Source: a virus. Taken from it: 18,865 nucleotides of DNA. The notes beneath the pieces were generated by a model. It made no database searches and was not told the DNA's origin. It worked only from the letters and a program-made list of their open reading frames with translations. The translations under genes were made by a program, and so were the position numbers. The stretch lies in IMG/VR virus record IMGVR_UViG_3300045988_134170. One strand, given 5' to 3'. Shown here piece by piece: positions 1 to 5,696 of this stretch; the first letter of the stretch is position 1; every line of letters starts with the position of its first letter.

Positions 1-6
1 GGAGGG

Positions 7-21
7 GTGTGTGTGTGTGTG
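7..21. repeat. (GT)7 dinucleotide repeat six bases from the genome terminus (mirror copy 18845-18859)
   Basis: Read directly: GGAGGG-GTGTGTGTGTGTGTG-AAG. Confidence 0.95.
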
Positions 22-146
22 AAGATTTTCCCTTGTGGTTTTTTTTATTTGTGTGTTATTTTTTTTTGTTCTGCGTCTCCGTTGGCGCTTTGTTTTGTTT
101 ACTCCTCTATTATATTTTTTTTGCGTCTGACTGTTAAGTTTTTTTA

Positions 147-163
147 TTTTCGGGCGTGTTGTT
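147..163 (+). repeat. 17-bp direct repeat TTTTCGGGCGTGTTGTT, copy 1 (mirror 18703-18719)
   Basis: Identical 17-mer at 147-163 and 287-303. Copy 1 ends 8 bp upstream of the TTGACA at 171. Confidence 0.9.
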
Positions 164-170
164 TTTTTTA

Positions 171-199
171 TTGACACTGTGTCAATGGTTGTATATACA
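171..199 (+). promoter_or_regulatory. ITR promoter P1: TTGACA-17 bp-TATACA
   Basis: TTGACA at 171-176, a 17-bp spacer, then TATACA at 194-199. Two palindromes overlap it: TTGACAC-T-GTGTCAA (171-185) and GTTGTATATACAAC (188-201). Confidence 0.55.
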
Positions 200-286
200 A
201 CAATCCGTGTCCCGCTAAGTTACGGTAACGTAACCGTAGCCTACCGACCGGTAAGTAGGTGTTTTCCAGTGTTTTGCTTCGTTTTG

Positions 287-303
287 TTTTCGGGCGTGTT
301 GTT
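287..303 (+). repeat. 17-bp direct repeat TTTTCGGGCGTGTTGTT, copy 2 (mirror 18563-18579)
   Basis: Identical to 147-163. It lies over the -35 position of the TGTTATAAT promoter at 314-322. Confidence 0.9.
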
Positions 304-313
304 GTTTTGTTTG

Positions 314-322
314 TGTTATAAT
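314..322 (+). promoter_or_regulatory. ITR promoter P2: extended -10 TGTTATAAT
   Basis: TGnTATAAT nonamer at 314-322, about 34 nt upstream of the ATG at 356. RBS-like GGAAAGGAAA at 341-350. Confidence 0.55.
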
Positions 323-355
323 GTAGTTATCCGCTTCAAGGGAAAGGAAAATAAA

Positions 356-736
356 ATGAACATCATTCTTAATCATAAGCATGACGCGGAAGTTCAGTCT
401 CTGCTTGACAAAGCCAACTATCTTGCTCGCACCCGCACCGTCGATATTGACGATGTGTACGACGCTGTTTATATTATCGAACGGAAGTTCGAGGATTGCA
501 CTAGAAAGAGTTTGGAGGGTTTGACTGTTCATGTTGATTTAAACTCTCAAGACTTTCCAAACGCCTATCACGGCATTCCTATGAGTACTCAGTTTGTGCT
601 TGGTTATGAAAAGCGTTCTTGGAGTTTCCTTCGCGCGGAACGTTCGCGTTGTGATAAGTTTAAGAAGTATGACGTGAGGTTGACTGACGCCATGCGTGAA
701 GAGTTGCTGAAGCATTTCGAGTCGTTTAATCGCTGA
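356..736 (+). CDS. Hypothetical early protein (126 aa); start codon lies inside ITR-L
   Basis: ATG at 356 is preceded by GGAAAGGAAA. The track ORF 179-736 is this ORF plus an in-frame read-through of the ITR leader. No family recognised. Confidence 0.7.
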   Translation: MNIILNHKHDAEVQSLLDKANYLARTRTVDIDDVYDAVYIIERKFEDCTRKSLEGLTVHVDLNSQDFPNAYHGIPMSTQFVLGYEKRSWSFLRAERSRCDKFKKYDVRLTDAMREELLKHFESFNR

Positions 737-834
737 CTGGTAAGTGTTGGTATGTTCGTTTCCGTCTTCGTTATCTGCACGTGCGTTATCGGCATTGTTG
801 TCGTTTTTGGTATGATATAGGAGTGGTTGCTTTA

Positions 835-1023
835 ATGGTATTCCGGTTCATTGGATGCGCGATTCTGTTTTTCACGCTCGTGGTGGGCATTTCTCTCGCC
901 GTTGTCGGCTTGAGTGATTCCGCGCACGATGATTTTCGTAACGTGATGTCGCTTATTGCCATCACGGTGACATTGTGTTTGGTTGCCGCCGCTCTATTGG
1001 TTTTTGTTGTAAAGGGGGCCTGA
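835..1023 (+). CDS. Small membrane protein with two predicted TM helices
   Basis: Track ORF 781-1023. I prefer ATG 835, which has AGGAG at 819-823, over GTG 781. Hydrophobic stretches VFRFIGCAILFFTLVVGISLAVVGL and LIAITVTLCLVAAALLVFVV. Confidence 0.55.
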   Translation: MVFRFIGCAILFFTLVVGISLAVVGLSDSAHDDFRNVMSLIAITVTLCLVAAALLVFVVKGA

Positions 1024-1024
1024 G

Positions 1025-1270
1025 ATGGCTTATTGTGATATGAAGATTGCCAAGTTTCTCTCGCAATATCAGGATGGCGTGGTGGAGTTGTGGTATTGTC
1101 TACATGATCACTCGTACCAGCTGAGGTATGGCGTGGGATTTCGGTCTCAGAACGGCGGTTATTTCACCGTCGCAACGGCTTCGTACGATGCAAGCGATAA
1201 CGCTCAAGTTGCATCCCTCATGTTGGACGCCATCGACATTGCTCGCACGCCGCTCTTGGAGAGAAGTTAG
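1025..1270 (+). CDS. Hypothetical early protein (81 aa)
   Basis: ATG is preceded by AAGGGGG and is 1 nt from the upstream stop. No family recognised. Confidence 0.6.
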   Translation: MAYCDMKIAKFLSQYQDGVVELWYCLHDHSYQLRYGVGFRSQNGGYFTVATASYDASDNAQVASLMLDAIDIARTPLLERS

Positions 1271-1272
1271 TC

Positions 1273-1476
1273 ATGTATTTTCGTGGTTGGATACATTCGT
1301 GGATCTGCGGCACGTGTCCGGACGCCGACAGTTATTGGCGGTTGCGCGCTTTTTGGGCTGGAAGACAGCATAAGCGGAGCGCCACTAATCCGCCGAAACG
1401 ATGTCCTAACCGATGGTTGTGGGCGGCCATGTGGATATATGGCGATAGTGATTTTGTTGACGAATTGGAGTTTTAA
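1273..1476 (+). CDS. Hypothetical Trp/Cys-rich early protein (67 aa)
   Basis: GGAGAG lies 9 nt upstream of ATG 1273. The ORF is packed between stop 1270 and the next ATG at 1479. The competing frame 1283-1486 has a GTG start and no RBS. Confidence 0.45.
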   Translation: MYFRGWIHSWICGTCPDADSYWRLRAFWAGRQHKRSATNPPKRCPNRWLWAAMWIYGDSDFVDELEF

Positions 1477-1478
1477 GC

Positions 1479-1655
1479 ATGTATAGCACTTTTGTCGCTC
1501 TCGCATATTTGAGGGACGCGCACAAACCACCCATCGAAGTCGGTTACGCGCCATCGTACAAGGATGCGGCGGATCTGATTAAACGTTGGGCGGCTATCCG
1601 CTCTCACACGGAGAATATCAGCTATTTTCGTGTTGAGGAACGGTATTATGTTTAG
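1479..1655 (+). CDS. Hypothetical early protein (58 aa), below the ORF-track cutoff
   Basis: Translated by hand: MYSTFVALAYLRDAHKPPIEVGYAPSYKDAADLIKRWAAIRSHTENISYFRVEERYYV. GGAG lies 8 nt upstream. The stop overlaps the next gene's ATG (ATGTTTAG). Confidence 0.5.
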   Translation: MYSTFVALAYLRDAHKPPIEVGYAPSYKDAADLIKRWAAIRSHTENISYFRVEERYYV

Positions 1656-2163
1656 GCGCGGTGATGATAGGCGGCCTATCTACCGTATGCGTGACTTCGA
1701 CGATGCCATTATGGAAAGCAAACGTATCGTACGCGCCACAAAAGGACATAAGCGTGAGCTTAACTTGAAGCGGTTTGACATGGGATACGGTGATTTTGAA
1801 ACGTGCTGCCGTGCCGTGAACATGCTGTGCGAACTGTGGCGTGACACGCCTAGCGCATGGTTTTCGCAAGCGATTGTCACCGTGTCGCAGATATGCGGAA
1901 GTCTGACCATGTGGAGCGGACTCGCCGCCGCTCTATCTCGAACGTTCGATGTGGAATATTTGGACGGCTCTATCAATCCGCCTAACCTGATTGCATGGTG
2001 TGCCGTCTGCGCCGTCAAGGGCGGCACGTCATACGACTGTTGCACGATTTTCGACAACCTGCAAGCGCGAAACTTGATTATCGCAGTGTTCAAAAATTTT
2101 GACAGACTGGACACGACACGATATAATGACAATGAATTGCAAAAAATTTTACAAGGAGAGTGA
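1648..2163 (+). CDS. Hypothetical Cys-rich early protein (171 aa)
   Basis: Track ORF 1630-2163. ATG 1648 has GAGGA 8 nt upstream and overlaps the previous stop. No family recognised. Confidence 0.6.
   Translation: MFRRGDDRRPIYRMRDFDDAIMESKRIVRATKGHKRELNLKRFDMGYGDFETCCRAVNMLCELWRDTPSAWFSQAIVTVSQICGSLTMWSGLAAALSRTFDVEYLDGSINPPNLIAWCAVCAVKGGTSYDCCTIFDNLQARNLIIAVFKNFDRLDTTRYNDNELQKILQGE
2099..2127 (+). promoter_or_regulatory. Perfect consensus promoter TTGACA-17 bp-TATAAT
   Basis: TTGACA 2099-2104, a 17-nt spacer, TATAAT 2122-2127. It lies inside the 3' end of CDS 1648-2163 and about 40 nt upstream of ATG 2168. Confidence 0.75.
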
Positions 2164-2167
2164 ACAC

Positions 2168-2482
2168 ATGGCTAGGACTAAAACCGATATTTTCCGCACG
2201 CGCGTCTACGCCGTACTCAAAGGCATGGAATTGGTTGACGGCGACTTCATGGAAGCCGAACACGTTATCGACGGGCGACTTAAGGACGAACGCGCATATT
2301 CGATTCGTGCGAAAAGACTGTTTCCGAACTTCATCCCGAGTTCCATCGAAATTTTTTCGCAAAAAGTCTCCATGAATGAGGAGACTTTTTACAAGTATGC
2401 GACTTTCGAGGAACCGCAGAAGTGGAACCCACTGGAACATACAAAACGACACGCCGACATTGAAAATAATGAAGACGTGTGA
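2168..2482 (+). CDS. Small early protein (104 aa), possible DNA-binding protein
   Basis: AAGGAGAG RBS before ATG 2168. The track start at 2099 would overlap the promoter. The segment IEIFSQKVSMNEETFYKYA looks helix-turn-helix-like. It is the first gene of the replication operon, the position phi29 gives to p6. Confidence 0.6.
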   Translation: MARTKTDIFRTRVYAVLKGMELVDGDFMEAEHVIDGRLKDERAYSIRAKRLFPNFIPSSIEIFSQKVSMNEETFYKYATFEEPQKWNPLEHTKRHADIENNEDV

Positions 2483-2543
2483 TATAAAAGATTTTAGGCA
2501 TAAGCCTGAAAACAAATAACAACAATCTAGGAAAGGTTAAACA

Positions 2544-2981
2544 ATGGAAAACAACAACAATACCGCACTCATCGCATTCAACACCGAAAACACCGAACTC
2601 GGCACCGTCCAGCACTTCATCGACACCTCGACACGTGAAGGCAAGATCAAGCTCTATAGCGCACTGCAAAACGCGGAAAAGCTTGATGAACACCTTAATG
2701 AGCCGTTGAACATGACGAACGCCGTCGCTCAGGCAGTGCAGGTGACCGACGACCAGACCGGAGAAATCTCCAACACCGTGCGCGTCATTATCGTGACCGA
2801 CGATAACAAGGCGTACGCGGCCACCTCACCGACTCTCGCTGCGGGACTGAACACCATGTTCGGTATTTTCGGCACGCCGAACACTTGGACGGAACCGCTG
2901 TGCATCAAGGTTGTGGAACGTCGTTCACGCCGCGGGTTCAAGTTTTTCAGCATTGAGCCGGTGGATGAGGAAACCAAGTGA
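2544..2981 (+). CDS. Putative phage single-stranded DNA-binding protein (145 aa)
   Basis: Position immediately upstream of the TP/pol genes, as for phi29 gene 5. Size and overall pattern (VRVIIVTDDNKAYAATSPTLAAGLNTMFGIFG...) resemble Gram-positive phage SSBs from memory. Not verified by search. Confidence 0.4.
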   Translation: MENNNNTALIAFNTENTELGTVQHFIDTSTREGKIKLYSALQNAEKLDEHLNEPLNMTNAVAQAVQVTDDQTGEISNTVRVIIVTDDNKAYAATSPTLAAGLNTMFGIFGTPNTWTEPLCIKVVERRSRRGFKFFSIEPVDEETK

Positions 2982-2987
2982 ACAGCT

Positions 2988-2996
2988 TGCTATAAT
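2988..2996 (+). promoter_or_regulatory. Extended -10 promoter TGCTATAAT
   Basis: Same nonamer as at 5504-5512. It starts 7 nt after the SSB-like stop. Confidence 0.45.
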
Positions 2997-3020
2997 CGTT
3001 AGATAGCGTTCATTCATAGA

Positions 3021-3044
3021 GAGAGCACCTATTTAGGTGCTCTC
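3021..3044 (+). promoter_or_regulatory. Perfect 10-bp hairpin with no U-tract
   Basis: GAGAGCACCT-ATTT-AGGTGCTCTC, followed by GCCACC. Located between the 2988 promoter and the RBS of the 3067 gene. Confidence 0.6.
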
Positions 3045-3066
3045 GCCACCTTAAGGACTGTGCCAT

Positions 3067-4029
3067 ATGTCTCGAAAGCAGAAGCATGTCAAGGCACGTC
3101 AGGCCGCGCAAGCACGCGCCGCACGTAACATCAAACAGCTTGGCGCTTACTCTCACTCGAATCTCGCCAAAACCGCCGACAAACAACTAGTCAACATCGC
3201 CAAAACGCTCGGAAATGAGTGGGAGCGGCAGAAGAAGCAGGCCATAGCGGAAGCGAAAGCGACACCATATCATGCCACCGCAGTGGAGAAACCGACAAAG
3301 AAAGACTACATGTTCGCTCAACGCACGCCAATCACCAACGCGCAGATTGACGCGGAACCGGTGGCGAAACGACGCAAACTGCTCAGACAGCAGCAGCGGA
3401 AAATCAATGCGGCACGACGGAAAATCAACGAGTGGAACAAGTCTCAGGCCATGCCAGCGAAAAGCGTGTATGAGCAGCGTGTGGCCGAAATCACCGGAAG
3501 CACCGGCGAAAGTTTCGGACGTAACCAGATAATTCCGTCAAAACTCACCGATTTTCTCCAAATGGTGAACGTGTTGTCAGATGAAGCGTTCGTTCGCTCC
3601 CAACTGGAAAGCGGACATCGTAACGAACTGCTTGAGCAGATGCATGACGCCGCCGAAATACTGGGATTGCGCACCGAACGGAAAAGCAAACCGTCTAAAA
3701 AGCGGAAGACGGGCAAACAAGGCAAAGACTTGTATGGTGAGCATGAATGGCCATCATACATGTCACGCGGACGGTACGAAGTGTTTGAAAAAATTTTAGC
3801 CACCACGCTCGGCTCGAAACGGTTGAAACGATTCCGCCAACTATCGGCCGCGCAAAAACGCGCGTTCGTTGAACAGACGGACGCCCCGCGCGTGGTGTTC
3901 GACTGGACTGTGTATGATCCAGCGCGCCACGGCTTCACTTCGATATTCCGTGACAACAGCAAGGGCTATCAACGCTCAAGGCGGCAGTTCGACAGGTGGA
4001 TGACGGAAGCGGGCGTGCTGGAAAAGTAA
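3067..4029 (+). CDS. Putative terminal protein (protein primer), 320 aa
   Basis: Lies immediately upstream of the protein-primed-type polymerase, as in phi29 (gene 3 next to gene 2), and the genome has ITRs. The N-terminal half is very basic and coil-rich. No direct sequence recognition. Confidence 0.5.
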   Translation: MSRKQKHVKARQAAQARAARNIKQLGAYSHSNLAKTADKQLVNIAKTLGNEWERQKKQAIAEAKATPYHATAVEKPTKKDYMFAQRTPITNAQIDAEPVAKRRKLLRQQQRKINAARRKINEWNKSQAMPAKSVYEQRVAEITGSTGESFGRNQIIPSKLTDFLQMVNVLSDEAFVRSQLESGHRNELLEQMHDAAEILGLRTERKSKPSKKRKTGKQGKDLYGEHEWPSYMSRGRYEVFEKILATTLGSKRLKRFRQLSAAQKRAFVEQTDAPRVVFDWTVYDPARHGFTSIFRDNSKGYQRSRRQFDRWMTEAGVLEK

Positions 4030-4056
4030 CGGACGGTAAACGAGAAAAGTTGTACC

Positions 4057-5511
4057 ATGATTACGCAGCAGGATAAAAGAGTGGGATTATGGTGTGCGGA
4101 TAACGTCATACGCTTTACGGACGGCACCGTCCTGCGTAGCATCACCGCACCTAACCGCCTTTTGGCGTCCATCATGTCAGGCGGCAGACTCACCGTCTAC
4201 ATGACCGATCCAGACGTTTTAGATCCGTTCGTGGCACATGTCGTACATTCCCTCCCTCACAACGAGCATAATTCCAACTTGAGCTGGGATGCGATAGTGT
4301 CGAAAAAAGGCAAGTTTTTCGGCTTTAGCGTGCGTATTGATAAAGAGAACTCGGCACGTTTTTTCGACATATCGAATCTTTTACGAGAGAACTGCCGTAT
4401 CACCATGACCGACACGCAACTGCTCAACATCCTGCGAGAATACGACGATCGTGGCTTATGCAAGATAACGGCAGGTGGTGCAAGCATGGAGGCGTTCGCG
4501 TCCGGCGAGTGGAAATGGTTTTACGACAAATTTCCACAGCTTGAGGATGAAACCAAAAAGTCATTGCATGACGCCTATATAGGCGGCTTCATGCTTGTCA
4601 AAGAAGGGGTTTATGGCAAGGCTGTCGACGTTGACTGTAATTCTATGTATCCGGCTATATTACGAGATGAGTGGCTGCCGTGGAGCGAACCGGAACCATA
4701 CGAAGGCCGATACGTGCAGGACAATGACATGCCGTTGCATTGCGACGAACTCACGTTTCGCGCGGAACTCAAACCGGACGGATATCCTTTCCTGCTCGAC
4801 AACCGCAGCGTGTACGGACTCAACCGACTTACCTCGACACGTGGTTACATCACGCGTGTACTTACCGACATTGACCAAGAACTGCTTTACCAGAATTATG
4901 ACGTGAGTATATACCGGCACGTTAGAGGGTGGAAGTTCAGGCGCTCCAAAGGCTTCTTCCGCTCGTTCATAGATGAGTGGGGGGGGTTGAAACAGCGGGC
5001 GACGGGCGAGACACGGCAGATGGCGAAACTCATCATGAACGCTCTTGTCGGCAAAATGGCGAGTCTGCCAAAAGGCGCCGTCATGCTACCAACCTCCAAA
5101 GACGGCATCACGTTGGACTGGAATGTCACGCAACGTGAAGAATCGAATCTAAAAACCGACTATCTTCCCGTGCCTATTTGGATCAACGCCTACGCACGCC
5201 GCAAGCTTATGGACGTGTGCCATGCGAACGCCGACCGGCTGCTATATGCCAATACGGACGGTTGCATACTGAGCGGTTGGGGGCCGGTGAAATCATGTGA
5301 CATCCATCCAACCGAAATCGGCAAATGGAAAATCGCCGCACGATACGAGAAATTGACTATCCTTGGCATGAACCGCTATCAAGGTTGGCGTGATGACGGT
5401 GAAGTGGATGTCTGCATGGCCGGAAACGTGTTTACGGAACCTATTCCGTACGAGCAATTCCGGCATGGCGTGCAAGTCATGGATGATTATGGCACAATGG
5501 TCATGCTATAA
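4057..5511 (+). CDS. Family-B, protein-primed-type DNA polymerase (484 aa)
   Basis: Motif A is VDCNSMYP (phi29 DVNSLYP). Motif B is KLIMNALVGK (phi29 KLMLNSLYGK). Motif C is YANTDG (phi29 YCDTDS). KITAGGASMEAF and DAYIGGF align with phi29 RMTAGSDSLKGF and YAYRGGF. Confidence 0.9.
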   Translation: MITQQDKRVGLWCADNVIRFTDGTVLRSITAPNRLLASIMSGGRLTVYMTDPDVLDPFVAHVVHSLPHNEHNSNLSWDAIVSKKGKFFGFSVRIDKENSARFFDISNLLRENCRITMTDTQLLNILREYDDRGLCKITAGGASMEAFASGEWKWFYDKFPQLEDETKKSLHDAYIGGFMLVKEGVYGKAVDVDCNSMYPAILRDEWLPWSEPEPYEGRYVQDNDMPLHCDELTFRAELKPDGYPFLLDNRSVYGLNRLTSTRGYITRVLTDIDQELLYQNYDVSIYRHVRGWKFRRSKGFFRSFIDEWGGLKQRATGETRQMAKLIMNALVGKMASLPKGAVMLPTSKDGITLDWNVTQREESNLKTDYLPVPIWINAYARRKLMDVCHANADRLLYANTDGCILSGWGPVKSCDIHPTEIGKWKIAARYEKLTILGMNRYQGWRDDGEVDVCMAGNVFTEPIPYEQFRHGVQVMDDYGTMVML

Positions 5512-5512
5512 T
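5504..5512 (+). promoter_or_regulatory. Extended -10 promoter TGCTATAAT overlapping the pol stop codon
   Basis: TG at 5504-5505 and TATAAT at 5507-5512. No ORF follows. Confidence 0.5.
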
Positions 5513-5518
5513 GTTCGT

Positions 5519-5688
5519 GTCTTCCTGAGCATTGATTTTCGGCTGGGAGCAACATAAGTCGGATTGCCACGGCTGAAAACGCCGCCGACTATGGAGTCGC
5601 TACCGTGGCGGTAGTGCCCTACGGATTTTCGACTTGATGCTCATATAGGACGTTCCGACCCTCCGTGATTGGAGGGTCATTTTATTTT
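5519..5688 (+). ncRNA. Candidate structured ncRNA of about 170 nt (pRNA-like?)
   Basis: A promoter at 5504-5512 and an intrinsic terminator at 5657-5688 bracket a region with no ORF longer than 7 codons. The 10-bp helix 5526-5535/5634-5643 closes a 118-nt domain. Inner helix 5563-5572/5603-5612 and hairpin 5586-5599. Confidence 0.45.
5657..5688 (+). terminator. Intrinsic terminator
   Basis: GACCCTCC-GTGATT-GGAGGGTC followed by ATTTTATTTT. Confidence 0.8.
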
Positions 5689-5696
5689 CCGCCGCA

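Larger units (their letters stand above)
1..359. repeat. Left inverted terminal repeat (ITR-L), 359 bp
   Basis: I checked block by block that 1-359 equals the reverse complement of 18507-18865 with no mismatch. Identity stops at 360 (a) versus the complement of 18506 (t). The repeat sits exactly at the window end, as expected for a protein-primed linear genome. Confidence 0.97.

Noticed and set aside
7-21. Whether the GT repeat and the T-rich repeats at the ends could be a CRISPR array or a transposon end.
   Set aside because: There is no repeat-spacer organisation and no transposase or integrase. The inverted repeats sit at the exact ends of a genome with a protein-primed polymerase, so they are replication ITRs.
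179-355. The long N-terminal extensions of track ORFs 179-736 (+) and 18253-18687 (-). Both begin with the same 59 residues, MSMVVYTTIRVPLSYGNVTVAYRPVSRCF...
   Set aside because: The shared 'domain' is simply the ITR translated from a GTG with no RBS. It runs through the promoter and leader. The internal ATG at 356 / 18510 has a good RBS and is where the two sequences diverge.
752-820. A 22-codon hydrophobic micro-ORF (MFVSVFVICTCVIGIVVVFGMI) between the first two genes. Its stop overlaps the AGGAG of the next gene.
   Set aside because: It has no convincing SD, is very short, and lies in T/G-rich sequence that readily yields hydrophobic codons. It is worth a look in ribosome-profiling data but is not supportable from sequence alone.
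1128-1486. Competing + strand frames 1128-1373 and 1283-1486, and the minus-strand ORF 1267-1554.
   Set aside because: They have no RBS, and they overlap ORFs (1025-1270, 1273-1476, 1479-1655) that are linked by RBS-plus-ATG signals with 1-2-nt spacing. Confidence for this small region is nevertheless only moderate.
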